A program made the translations under genes and the position numbers. Below the pieces are notes generated by a model. The model saw only the letters and a list, made by a program, of their open reading frames with translations, was not told the origin of the DNA and searched no databases. This document shows positions 1-8,542 of a DNA stretch of 16,283 bases, piece by piece (position 1 is the first letter of the stretch; the number at the start of each line of letters is the position of its first letter). The stretch lies in contig JBBDRF010000076.1 in NCBI GenBank assembly GCA_040905565.1, positions 1 to 16,283 on the forward strand. The letters are read 5' to 3'. This DNA comes from Phycisphaeraceae bacterium. GTDB lineage: Bacteria > Planctomycetota > Phycisphaerae > Phycisphaerales > Zrk34.

Positions 1-564
1 CTGCCCACGCCCAAGCAGATCGAGGTCGTCAAGCGCGTCGCCAACATGGAGCAGACCAACCCGGAGGTCATCACCGAGGTGGAAAAGGGGCTTGAAGCGC
101 GGCTGGCGAACATGCTCAACCAGAACTTCGAGAAGATCGGCGGCGTGAACACCGTGGCCGAGATGCTCAACCTCGTCGACCGCACGACGGAGAAGAGCAT
201 CATGGAAGGCCTCGAAGCCGAGGACCCGGACCTCGTCGAGGAGATTCGCCGGCTGATGTTCGTGTTCGAAGACATTCTGCTGGTCAACGACAAGGGTATT
301 CAGTCCGTGCTCAAGGAAGTGGACAACGACGAGCTGGCCTTGGCGCTGAAGACCGCGAGCGAGGAACTGAAGAACAAAGTCTTCTCCAACATGTCCGAAC
401 GTGCGGCGAAGCTGATCCAGGAAGACATGGAATACATGGGCCCGGTCCGTGTCGCCGACGTGGAAGGTTCGCAGCAGCGGATCGTCGACATCGTCCGCCG
501 ACTGGAGGACGCGGGCGAGATCATCATCGCCGGCCGCGGCGGCGACAAGGAGATGATCGTGTGA
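1..564 (+). CDS. fliG: Flagellar motor switch protein FliG, C-terminal part (5' truncated by window edge)
   Basis: Frame open from base 1 (LPTPKQIEVVKRVANMEQTNPEVI...). Has the GG linker (KIGGVNTVAEMLN), the MFVFEDI (MFxF) motif and the C-terminal NMSERAA...GPVRVADVE motif. Lies upstream of fliH/fliI. Confidence 0.97.
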   Translation: MPTPKQIEVVKRVANMEQTNPEVITEVEKGLEARLANMLNQNFEKIGGVNTVAEMLNLVDRTTEKSIMEGLEAEDPDLVEEIRRLMFVFEDILLVNDKGIQSVLKEVDNDELALALKTASEELKNKVFSNMSERAAKLIQEDMEYMGPVRVADVEGSQQRIVDIVRRLEDAGEIIIAGRGGDKEMIV

Positions 565-589
565 TGCGTCGTTCAACGGATCGAGCTGT

Positions 590-1300
590 ATGCCCGTGAT
601 CAAATCTGACAATGCCGCGCCGATGCTGAAAGAGGCGATCGTGCTGGACCTCGGCGACATCGGCCGACAGGCGGCGAAGCTGCGCGCGGCCGCGGAGCAG
701 CGGGCGATGCAGACGCTCACCGAAGCGGAGCGCAAGGCAAGGCAGCTTGTCGAAGGCGCGGCGGCGAAAGGGCACGCCCAGGGGCTGGCGGAGGGGCGCG
801 AGCAGGGACTGGCCGAGGGACGTGAGCAGGGCAAGGCCGAGGCGCTGGCGCAGATGACCGAGCAACTGCAGAAGCTCCAGGCCGGCTGGACGCAGGCGCT
901 GGCGGGCTGGGAGCAGCATTGCGTGCAGATGGATCGTGACAGTCGGCAGGCGGTGCTCACATTTGCATTGCAGGTGGCGGAAAAGCTGGTGCATCGCGTG
1001 GTGGAAGTCGACGAAAGCGTGGTGGTGAAGCAGCTCGGCAACGCCTTGATGCATGTGCTTCATGCCAACGAGGTGACCGTGACGGTGCACCCGGCCGACT
1101 GCGCGACGCTGGAGCAGGCGCTGCCCGACTTGCAGAAAACGTTCGATCAGCTGGAGCACATCAAGCTCGCGGACGACGAGGCAGTCGGCCGGGGCGGCTG
1201 CATCGTGCGTCACGGCCAGGGGCGGATCGACGCGACGATCGACACGCAGCTTCGGCGCATCATCGATGCGATCCTGCCGGGGGAGCAGGCGGGGGCGTGA
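590..1300 (+). CDS. fliH: Flagellar assembly protein FliH
   Basis: GxxxG repeat segment GHAQGLAEGREQGLAEGREQGKAEA; C-terminal VHPAD...GRGGCIV...GRIDATIDTQL typical of FliH/SctL; lies between fliG and fliI. Confidence 0.93.
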   Translation: MPVIKSDNAAPMLKEAIVLDLGDIGRQAAKLRAAAEQRAMQTLTEAERKARQLVEGAAAKGHAQGLAEGREQGLAEGREQGKAEALAQMTEQLQKLQAGWTQALAGWEQHCVQMDRDSRQAVLTFALQVAEKLVHRVVEVDESVVVKQLGNALMHVLHANEVTVTVHPADCATLEQALPDLQKTFDQLEHIKLADDEAVGRGGCIVRHGQGRIDATIDTQLRRIIDAILPGEQAGA

Positions 1301-1302
1301 TC

Positions 1303-1321
1303 CGCTAAGCCGCAAGCGGCT
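1303..1321 (+). repeat. REP-like palindromic repeat CGCTAAGCCGCAAGCGGCT (copy 1)
   Basis: Hairpin AAGCCGC-AA-GCGGCTT directly after the fliH stop. An exact 19-nt reverse-complement copy is at 12625-12643. Confidence 0.75.
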
Positions 1322-1340
1322 TGGAGAAATGTCATTCCCT

Positions 1341-1375
1341 TGATCCCCGACTCCTTACCTCTGACTCCTGCCCGT
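1341..1375. repeat. Degenerate heptamer tandem array (TGATCCC/CGACTCC/TTACCTC/TGACTCC/TGCCCGT)
   Basis: 7-nt periodicity read directly in the fliH-fliI spacer. Confidence 0.6.
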
Positions 1376-1403
1376 GGCACGCTATTCGCTGAAAGAACCT
1401 TGA

Positions 1404-2819
1404 ATGAGCCTTCTCGCTGAACAACTCGAGGTGCTTGAGCAGACCAGTGCGCTGGAATTGCGCGGTACGGTGACGGAAGTGCGCGGTCTTGCGCTGCGTG
1501 TCGCCGACCTGCCGGTGCCGATCGGTGCGATGGTGCGCATTATCGGCCGGGCCGCGCGACTCGGCCGTGCGTCGGGCGGGGGTGATAAAAGCGTGATCGG
1601 CGAGGTTGTGGGCTTCGACCGCGAATACACGATCATTATGCCTCTTGGCGCGGTGACGGGCATTCGCCCGGGCGACGGCGTGGTGGCTGAGCAGCATGCG
1701 CAGCAGGTGCGCGTGGGCGCGTCGCTGCTGGGGCGGGTGCTGGATGGCTTTGGTCGGCCGATTGATCAGGGCGGGCCGTTGCTGGACACGACGCCGCGGC
1801 CGTTGAATCCCACGCCGGTGGACCCGATGGAACGGCCGGTGATCGAGCAGCCGTTGGCGACCGGGGTGCGGGCGATCGACTCGCTGGTGAGCCTCGGCCG
1901 CGGCCAGCGACTCGGCGTGTTCGCCGCGCCGGGTGTGGGCAAGTCGACGCTGCTGGGCAGCATCGCCCGCCACACGGCGGCGGACGTGAGCGTGATCGCG
2001 CTGGTCGGTGAGCGGGGGCGTGAGGTGCGGGACTTTCTCGACAATGTGCTCGGGCCGGAGGGCCTGTCGCGCAGCGTGGTGGTGTGTGCGACCAGCGATG
2101 AGCCGGCATTGCTTCGGCTGCGTGCGGCGATGGTGGCCGCGAGCATTGCCGAGCATTTCCGCGATCAGGGCAACGATGTGTTGTTGCTGATGGATTCGGT
2201 GACCCGCTTCTGCCAGGCGCAGCGACAGATCGGTCTGGCGGCCGGCGAACCGCCCGCGACGCGCGGCTATCCGCCAAGCGTGTTCAGTATGCTCCCCTCG
2301 TTGCTGGAACGCTCCGGCAGCACGAATGCCGGCTCGATCACCGGGTTGTATGCCGTGCTCGTTGAGGGCGACGATATGGACGAGCCCATCGCGGACGCCT
2401 GCCGCGGCGTGCTCGACGGCCACGTGCTGCTGTCCCGCCAGCTCGCCGAGCAGGGGCATTACCCCGCAATCGACGTGCTCGGCTCAATCAGCCGTGTCGC
2501 CAACGATGTGACCAATAAGGACCACCAGGCCGCGCGGCGCGAGGTGCTCAAGCTCGTCAGCTCGTATCGGCAGGTGGAGGAGCTACTGAACATCGGCGCG
2601 TATGCGCAGGGCAGCAATGCGGACTTCGACCTGGCGATCGCGTGTAAACCCGCCATCGATCAGTTGCTGCAACAGGGCGGCAACGAGGTGCGCGGCCGGG
2701 CGGATTTCGCCACGACGCAGGCGCAACTGTTCGCGCTGAGTCAGCAGATTCAACAGATGCGTCAGCAGTTGAGCAAGGCACCGCAGCAGCGTCGCCCGGT
2801 GCAGGGCCCCCGTGGATGA
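1404..2819 (+). CDS. fliI: Flagellum-specific export ATPase FliI
   Basis: Walker A GVFAAPGVGKST, GERGREV motif, Walker B LLLMDSVTRF, GEPPATRGYPPS and GHYPAIDVLGSISR; flagellar context. Confidence 0.97.
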   Translation: MSLLAEQLEVLEQTSALELRGTVTEVRGLALRVADLPVPIGAMVRIIGRAARLGRASGGGDKSVIGEVVGFDREYTIIMPLGAVTGIRPGDGVVAEQHAQQVRVGASLLGRVLDGFGRPIDQGGPLLDTTPRPLNPTPVDPMERPVIEQPLATGVRAIDSLVSLGRGQRLGVFAAPGVGKSTLLGSIARHTAADVSVIALVGERGREVRDFLDNVLGPEGLSRSVVVCATSDEPALLRLRAAMVAASIAEHFRDQGNDVLLLMDSVTRFCQAQRQIGLAAGEPPATRGYPPSVFSMLPSLLERSGSTNAGSITGLYAVLVEGDDMDEPIADACRGVLDGHVLLSRQLAEQGHYPAIDVLGSISRVANDVTNKDHQAARREVLKLVSSYRQVEELLNIGAYAQGSNADFDLAIACKPAIDQLLQQGGNEVRGRADFATTQAQLFALSQQIQQMRQQLSKAPQQRRPVQGPRG

Positions 2820-2873
2820 GTGGTTGTTTCGCAGCGCGGCTGACACCGCGCCCACCCCAGAAGGATGCCATGG

Positions 2874-3335
2874 ATGGCAGCATTCCAATTCAAATTTGAA
2901 AGCGTGCTCAATCATCGACGCACGATTGAAGACCAGGCGCAGCGCGAGCTGGCCCGCCACATGCGCACGCGCATGATCCTTCAGGGGCAGCTTGAGCAGA
3001 TGCAAAGCACGATCCGGCAGTCGAAAAACGACCTCGCCGACGCGCTCGTGGGCAAAGTGGACCTTGATCGGGTGTCTGGCTTTGCGCAGTTCAACGGCCA
3101 CACTGCCGTGCGGGCCCGGCAGCTCGTCGAGCACATGACGAAAGCAGAGAAACAGATCACCGAAGCCCGGCAGCGCCTGCTCGACGCCACCCGGCAACGC
3201 CAGGCGATGGAGCTGCTGCGGGATCGCCATCAACGGACATGGAAGCAGGAGCACAAGCGGCGCGAGACGATCACGATGGATGAGCTGGCGACACAGCAGT
3301 ACCTGCGTCGTGAGACGGTGGGAGGTCGCCCGTGA
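2874..3335 (+). CDS. fliJ: Flagellar export protein FliJ
   Basis: N-terminal FQFKFESVL..R, coiled-coil body, C-terminal E...MDELA. ATG 2874 is preferred over 2865 because of AAGGA at 2861-2865. Follows fliI. Confidence 0.9.
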   Translation: MAAFQFKFESVLNHRRTIEDQAQRELARHMRTRMILQGQLEQMQSTIRQSKNDLADALVGKVDLDRVSGFAQFNGHTAVRARQLVEHMTKAEKQITEARQRLLDATRQRQAMELLRDRHQRTWKQEHKRRETITMDELATQQYLRRETVGGRP

Positions 3336-4048
3336 TCCGCGCGGTGCTCATGTCCGTGTTGCTGTTGATCGTGCTGCACTTGCTGGCAGGCGCGGGGTTT
3401 GTGGGTTGGCTGTACCACACTGATCGGTTGGATGGCGCTCGCGTGGACCGGGTGGTGGCGATGTTTGAGCTGACGATCGAGCAGCAGCAGCAGCAGCAGG
3501 CCGAGGCCGAGCGGTTGGAGCGCGAAACGCGTCGGCAGGCGGAGCAGCTCGCCCGGCTGGAGGCTGTGGCGGACGGGCCGCGGACCTTGCAGGATCGGCT
3601 GACGACGGAGCGCGAGTCGGACGAGGTGGCGCAGCAGCGGCTGGAGCGCTTGCAGCGTGAAACGGACGACCTTCGCCGACAGATCGCCCGGGCGCAGACG
3701 CAGATCGCCCGGGAGCGTGAAACGCTTGAGGCGAAGCAGGCCGCGTTCGACGAAGCGGTGGAACGTCAGCGAGCCTTGCGCGAAGACGAGGATTTTCAGC
3801 AGACCGTGCAGATGTACGAGCAGCTTCGGCCGCGCCAGGCGAAACAGATGTTCCAGGAGTTGATCGCGCAGGGCGAGACAGAGCAGGTGGTGGATTACCT
3901 TGCGGCGATGCAGCTTCGCCGGGCAAGTCGCGTGGTGCAGGAATTCAAGGAAGGCGCGGACATCGTGCAGGCGGCGGAGTTGCTGGAGTCACTGCGCGAG
4001 CGCGGGGTAAACCTGACGGCAGGCGGCGCGGGGGAGGAACGTTTGTGA
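3332..4048 (+). CDS. MotE/YlxF/FlbB-like flagellar protein (N-terminal TM helix, coiled coil, C-terminal MgtE-N-like helical domain)
   Basis: Hydrophobic N-terminus, long coiled coil, C-terminal YEQLRPRQAKQMF...LAAMQLRRASRVV pattern. Occupies the ylxF/flbB position between fliJ and fliK. GTG start overlaps the fliJ TGA. Confidence 0.7.
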   Translation: MIRAVLMSVLLLIVLHLLAGAGFVGWLYHTDRLDGARVDRVVAMFELTIEQQQQQQAEAERLERETRRQAEQLARLEAVADGPRTLQDRLTTERESDEVAQQRLERLQRETDDLRRQIARAQTQIARERETLEAKQAAFDEAVERQRALREDEDFQQTVQMYEQLRPRQAKQMFQELIAQGETEQVVDYLAAMQLRRASRVVQEFKEGADIVQAAELLESLRERGVNLTAGGAGEERL

Positions 4049-5580
4049 CATTGATGCAGCTATTTAATCTGGCACCGACGAACATTGACCCCACCCGCCT
4101 CGCGGGCAGTGCACGCGGCCGTGACGCGGCCAAAGCCGATGCCGGTTTTGATCAGGCCTTGGAGCAGTCGCGTCAGCGGCTGAAGCGTGAAACGCCTCCC
4201 GTCACGCGACAAGCCTCGACATCGGCGTCATCGCGCCGCGACAGCGTCAAGGCCGTCAGCGCGCGAAACGAAGTCCACGGGGGGGAGAAATCCGCGCCGA
4301 GAGCCGGCGACGAGGCCATCGGTTCGACGGTCGACGAGCAGATTGCCGCTTCGGATGAGTCGACGCGGCCCGAAGCGGAGCCGTCGCATGTCTCCGAGGC
4401 TGCGCCGGAAGCGACGGAGGGGGTGACGGCAGACGTTGAGGACGACCTCGCACGCGACACGGCCGAGGGTGATGATGCCTTGGCCCGATTACGCACATCG
4501 CTTCGGCAGTGGCTGGAGCAGCCGCCGACGAACGGTGACGAGATGACGGACGACGCGTCGCTGGAGGTGGCTGAGTCGTTGGCGGGTGTGTTGACGCAGA
4601 TCGCGTCGAGCGACGAGTTGCAGAACCTGGTGATGAACGCCGGGGGCGCGGGTGAAGAGCTGGCGCGAATGGTGCAGCAGCTTGCGATGCAGGGGGGGCG
4701 CTCCTCGCAAATGGCCGACCCTCTTGCCGCCTTGATGGCGATGACGCCGGGCGCGGGCAAGCCCATGGGGCAGGCCGCGGAACGTTTCGAGGGCATGGAT
4801 CTGCCGAGCATGCTCCCCGCCGGCGAGGGCGATCCATCGTCGGGGAAGGGGCTGAGGTTCGGCCAGCTGTTCGCCCAGGTGATGCCGGCCCTGTCGTCCG
4901 TGCTGTCAGGCGGCGGGCAAAGCTCGAGCCAGGGCGGCGAGCTTCAGGCGCTGCTGTCGCAACTCGTTACCGCCACGAGCACCAGTCAGGGCGGGCAGAG
5001 CACCCCCGGCAGCGAACTGTTGACGGCGCTGATGCAGTCGGGGCCACAGGCGAATCAATCGAACGCTCAAGCACAGGGCGGCGCGTTGATGCAAGCCGCA
5101 CCGGGTCAGTCGGCTGGTGAGGGGGAGGTGCAGGCGACGAACGCCTCGCGTCTGGCACGGGCGATGCAGGGAGCGGTGAATCAGGGCGGGGGCACGATGA
5201 CGCTTCGCATGACGCCGCCGGAGATGGGCACGGTGCGGATTCAGTTGCAGGTGCAGGGGGGCACGGTAAACGCGGCGCTGCATGCGGAGAGCGAGGGGGC
5301 CCGCACGCTGCTGAGTCAGCAGTTGTCGCAGTTGCGGCAGTCGCTGGAAAGTCAGGGCCTGCACGTCGAGCGCTTGAGCGTGCAGTCGATGAACGGCAAC
5401 ACCTCGGCCAGCGGCTCGCAGCAGGGCCAGTCGGACGCGACGCCGAACGACGGCCGCAGCCGGGACGAGTATCGCGGATCGGGCCAGCCGCAGGACGATC
5501 AGCGCGAGCATGACGACGAAGCGCGACCGTCCGAGCCTGCGGCCTTTGAGCAGGTGCTGGATGACGTGGCGGAGCAATGA
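4045..5580 (+). CDS. fliK: Flagellar hook-length control protein FliK
   Basis: Low-complexity N-terminal region and C-terminal FliK_C motif MTLRMTPPEMGTVRIQL...LSQLRQSLESQGLHVERLSV; immediately upstream of flgD. Confidence 0.9.
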   Translation: MTLMQLFNLAPTNIDPTRLAGSARGRDAAKADAGFDQALEQSRQRLKRETPPVTRQASTSASSRRDSVKAVSARNEVHGGEKSAPRAGDEAIGSTVDEQIAASDESTRPEAEPSHVSEAAPEATEGVTADVEDDLARDTAEGDDALARLRTSLRQWLEQPPTNGDEMTDDASLEVAESLAGVLTQIASSDELQNLVMNAGGAGEELARMVQQLAMQGGRSSQMADPLAALMAMTPGAGKPMGQAAERFEGMDLPSMLPAGEGDPSSGKGLRFGQLFAQVMPALSSVLSGGGQSSSQGGELQALLSQLVTATSTSQGGQSTPGSELLTALMQSGPQANQSNAQAQGGALMQAAPGQSAGEGEVQATNASRLARAMQGAVNQGGGTMTLRMTPPEMGTVRIQLQVQGGTVNAALHAESEGARTLLSQQLSQLRQSLESQGLHVERLSVQSMNGNTSASGSQQGQSDATPNDGRSRDEYRGSGQPQDDQREHDDEARPSEPAAFEQVLDDVAEQ

Positions 5581-5620
5581 GATCGTTGAGGCAGGGCGAA
5601 CACACACGGAGTAACGAGCG

Positions 5621-6079
5621 ATGATGGATGCACTGGACATGCTGGGCGCAAACCAGGCGAGCGCCGCGGCGGCGGGGGGCGAACGGAACAAATTTGCCGA
5701 GCTCAGCAGTGAAGAGTTCATGAAGATTCTCGTGACGGAGTTGACGACGCAGGACCCGATGGAGCCGAACGACTCGGCCCAGATTCTCGAACAGCTTTCG
5801 AGCCTGCGGAACATTGAAAGCCAGATGGATCTTCAGGACCAGCTTCAGAACCTCGTTCTTCAGAACCAGGTCAGCCAGGCGAGTGGGTTGATCGGCAACA
5901 TGGTTCGCGGGCTGAACGAGCAGAACGACCGCGTGGAAGGGGTGGTGACCTCGGTGCGTGTGAGCGAGGGCAACGCGATGCTGGAACTGGACACGGGGCA
6001 GCGGCTGCCGATGTCGCGGGTCGAGATGATTTCGCAGAAGCCGACGTCGTCGGCGGACACGTTCGATCAGTTGGTTTAA
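5621..6079 (+). CDS. flgD: Flagellar hook capping protein FlgD
   Basis: EEFMKILVTELTTQDPMEPNDSAQILEQLS motif and ASGLIG..V segment. Start could be ATG 5621 or 5624. Confidence 0.95.
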   Translation: MMDALDMLGANQASAAAAGGERNKFAELSSEEFMKILVTELTTQDPMEPNDSAQILEQLSSLRNIESQMDLQDQLQNLVLQNQVSQASGLIGNMVRGLNEQNDRVEGVVTSVRVSEGNAMLELDTGQRLPMSRVEMISQKPTSSADTFDQLV

Positions 6080-6094
6080 GAGGCGATTGCGACG

Positions 6095-6376
6095 ATGGCG
6101 GATAGCAGTCTATTGCTGCGCATGCTTGAGCCGGCGGTTCGGCCGGTGTCCGCGCCCGAGGGGCGTGGGGCGTCGTCGGCAGCCGTGCCGATCGAGGAGC
6201 GTTCGTTTGAATCGCTGCTCGGCGAGGCGATCTCGACCGAGTCTGCGGATGTGGATGATCCGTCGGTGTCGACAGGGTCAGACGCTCCGGGGGCATCGAA
6301 TCTGCTCGGGCCGTTGTCGCAGGTGGGGGCGATTGAAAATGCATCGCTGCGGACGTTGATCGAACGCGGCGGATGA
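6095..6376 (+). CDS. Small hypothetical protein in flagellar operon (93 aa)
   Basis: ATG preceded by AAGAGG; fills the flgD-flgE gap on the operon strand; no family recognised. Confidence 0.6.
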   Translation: MADSSLLLRMLEPAVRPVSAPEGRGASSAAVPIEERSFESLLGEAISTESADVDDPSVSTGSDAPGASNLLGPLSQVGAIENASLRTLIERGG

Positions 6377-6415
6377 TTGGGATGACCGGGACGCAACAAA
6401 CACATGCCCCGCCAG

Positions 6416-6442
6416 ACAAGGCGGGCCGCTCCGCACCGATGG
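6416..6442 (+). promoter_or_regulatory. Candidate sigma-28 (FliA) promoter for flgE
   Basis: ACAAGGCG-N11-ACCGATGG versus consensus TAAAGTTT-N11-GCCGATAA. Spacing is canonical but the boxes are degenerate. Ends 22 nt before the flgE ATG. Confidence 0.35.
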
Positions 6443-6464
6443 GGCGACAGAGAAGGAAAACGTC

Positions 6465-8171
6465 ATGGGCTTGACCACCGCACTTTACACCGGCCGCACG
6501 GGCCTGACCGCCAACTCGTCCATGCTGGCGGTGACGGGTAACAACATCGCCAACGTGAACACCACGGCGTTCAAAGCCAGCCGCGCGGAGTTCGAGACGC
6601 TGATCTCGCAGACGCTCTCCAGCGGCTCGCCGCCCACGGGTGATCGGGGCGGGTCGAACCCGGCCCAGGTTGGCCTGGGCACGCGCCTCGCCAACAGCCG
6701 CGACTTCTCCAACGGCGCCCTGCAGCCGACCGGCCAGAGCACGGACATGGCGATCGAAGGCAACGGCTTTTTCATCGTCAACGCCGGCGGCGAGCATCGC
6801 TACACCCGCGCGGGCAACTTCACACTCGACCGCGACTTCAATCTCGTCAACCCCAACGGCGCCCTGGTTCAGGGCTACGGCATCGACGACAACTTCAATG
6901 TGCAGGAAGGCGCGCTCGGCAACATCAATATCCCGATGGGCGCGATGACGCTCGCCGAGGCCACTCAGACTGCCCGCTTCTCGGGCAACCTCAACGCCGG
7001 CGGCGACGTCGCCACGCAGGGCGCCCTCGTCAATACCCAGACCCTCTACGCCGACGCCATCGCGACCACCTTCGCCGACGACAACACCAACCTCGACCAG
7101 CTCTTCGGCGCCGACGGAACCGCCCTGTTCGCCGACGGCGACCTGATCCAGTTCAAAGGTGTCGCGAAGGACGGCAAGACCATGCCCGAACGCACCTTCG
7201 AGGTCGGGGCGAACGGCCTGCACGACGCCGACATGGACGGCCAGACCGTCGGCGACCTGACGACCTTCCTCCAGAGCGTGCTCGGCATCGACGACACCAT
7301 CTCCGGTGGCGTGACCGTCAACAACGGCGTGATCAACATCGAAGGCAACACCGGCAGCACCAACGATCTCGACTTCGACCCCGCCGACCTGCTGGTCAAC
7401 CCCAACACGCCCGGCGTCACCTCGCCGCTGACCTTCACCAAGGCTCAGGCCGCCGAAGGCGAATCCACCCGCACCACCTTCGTCGCCTACGACAGCCTGG
7501 GCAACGAAATGAGCGTCGACGTCAGCATGGTGCTGGAAGAAAAAACCAACGGCGGCACGCAGTGGCGCTACTACGCCCAGTCGTCGGACCACAGCGACCT
7601 GGACCGCAACATCGGCACGGGCGTGATGAGCTTCAACACGCGCGGCCGACTGGAGAACGTGACGGAAGAAAATATTCTCATCAACCGCGACGGCACGGGG
7701 GCGGTGAGTCCGCAACAGATCCAACTGCAGTTCAACGACGGCAGCGAATCGCTTTCCGCCTTCGCCGACACCAAAAGCCAGATTTCGCCCATTGCTCAGG
7801 ACGGCTCGCCGCTGGGCACGCTCGCCGACTTTTCCCTGGCCGACGATGGCACGATCAAAGGCATCTTCTCCAACGGCCTGACGCGCGACCTCGGCCGACT
7901 GCCCGTGGCGATGTTCGTGAACAACGAGGGCTTGGAAGAAGTCGGCGGCAACCTGTTCAAGCAAACCGCCAACTCCGGCCAGGCCAGCCTTGTCAATGCG
8001 GGCACGGGCGGGGCCGGACGAACCGTGGGCGCTGCGCTGGAACAGTCCAACGTCGACCTCGCCAACGAGTTCATCAACCTCATCAGCGCCACCACCGGCT
8101 TCAGCGCCAGCTCGCGCGTGCTGACCACCAGCGACCGGCTGTTGCAGGAACTGATGACCGTCGTCCGATAA
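6465..8171 (+). CDS. flgE: Flagellar hook protein FlgE (568 aa, large central insertion)
   Basis: N-terminal GNNIANVNTTAFK, TGQSTDMAIEGNGFF and YTRAGNF motifs; C-terminal LEQSNVDLANEFINLI; follows flgD; AAGGA RBS. Confidence 0.96.
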   Translation: MGLTTALYTGRTGLTANSSMLAVTGNNIANVNTTAFKASRAEFETLISQTLSSGSPPTGDRGGSNPAQVGLGTRLANSRDFSNGALQPTGQSTDMAIEGNGFFIVNAGGEHRYTRAGNFTLDRDFNLVNPNGALVQGYGIDDNFNVQEGALGNINIPMGAMTLAEATQTARFSGNLNAGGDVATQGALVNTQTLYADAIATTFADDNTNLDQLFGADGTALFADGDLIQFKGVAKDGKTMPERTFEVGANGLHDADMDGQTVGDLTTFLQSVLGIDDTISGGVTVNNGVINIEGNTGSTNDLDFDPADLLVNPNTPGVTSPLTFTKAQAAEGESTRTTFVAYDSLGNEMSVDVSMVLEEKTNGGTQWRYYAQSSDHSDLDRNIGTGVMSFNTRGRLENVTEENILINRDGTGAVSPQQIQLQFNDGSESLSAFADTKSQISPIAQDGSPLGTLADFSLADDGTIKGIFSNGLTRDLGRLPVAMFVNNEGLEEVGGNLFKQTANSGQASLVNAGTGGAGRTVGAALEQSNVDLANEFINLISATTGFSASSRVLTTSDRLLQELMTVVR

Positions 8172-8240
8172 GCGAAGTTGCCCCTCCCCCCGAAGGCCGC
8201 GGGGTTTGAGCCTCGCTGCCTGGACCCGTGAGTTGAACTG

Positions 8241-8438
8241 ATGATCACCGTGACGCGCTTCAGCGGGAAAAAATTCGTGGTCAACGCGGAACTGATCCGC
8301 ACCATCGACGCCAACCCCGACACCACGATCACGCTGATCAATGGCGATCACCTTCTCGTCTGCGAGTCGATGGAGGAGGTGGTCAGGTTGGCCATCGAGT
8401 ACGGCCAGACGTTACGCAAACTGCTGCCGCCGGGGTGA
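8241..8438 (+). CDS. flbD: FlbD/SwrD family flagellar protein
   Basis: MITVTRFSGKKFVVNAELIRTIDANPDTTITLINGDHLLVCESMEEVV matches the FlbD/SwrD pattern; located between flgE and motA. Confidence 0.92.
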   Translation: MITVTRFSGKKFVVNAELIRTIDANPDTTITLINGDHLLVCESMEEVVRLAIEYGQTLRKLLPPG

Positions 8439-8443
8439 GGGGG

Positions 8444-8540
8444 CAGGTGTCAGGCGGCAGGCGTCAGGCGTCGGCGACGCCGCCAACGGCCCCCTGAGGG
8501 CTGACACCTGATCCCTGATTCCCGACGCCTGACGCCTGCG
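8444..8540. repeat. Inverted heptamer tandem arrays (CAGGYGT-type left, CTGAYNC-type right)
   Basis: Left CAGGTGT/CAGGCGG/CAGGCGT/CAGGCGT/CGGCGAC; right CTGACAC/CTGATCC/CTGATTC/CCGACGC/CTGACGC. Perfect 18-bp IR 8457-8474 vs 8522-8539 and 10-bp IR 8444-8453 vs 8501-8510. Confidence 0.85.
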
Positions 8541-8542
8541 AC

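Noticed and set aside
779..845. 24-nt tandem repeats in fliH
   Set aside because: These encode the normal FliH GxxxG repeats, not a separate element.
1332..2459. 375-aa minus-strand ORF and other long antisense ORFs over fliH, fliK, fliP and fliR
   Set aside because: Shadows of well-supported + strand genes.
1404..2819. Injectisome (non-flagellar T3SS) interpretation of the ATPase and export genes
   Set aside because: Hook (flgD/flgE/fliK), stator (motAB) and fliG genes in the same operon make it flagellar.
8195..8220. Imperfect hairpin after flgE (GGCCGCGGGG-TTTGAG-CCTCGCTGCC)
   Set aside because: Mismatched stem, no U-tract and no second copy in the window; cannot be called a terminator or repeat.
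5871..8351. 826-aa minus-strand ORF
   Set aside because: Antisense shadow of flgE/flgD caused by high-GC codon bias; no recognisable motifs.
8444..8540. Repeat arrays considered as a CRISPR array
   Set aside because: Units are 7 nt with no unique spacers, and there are no cas genes.
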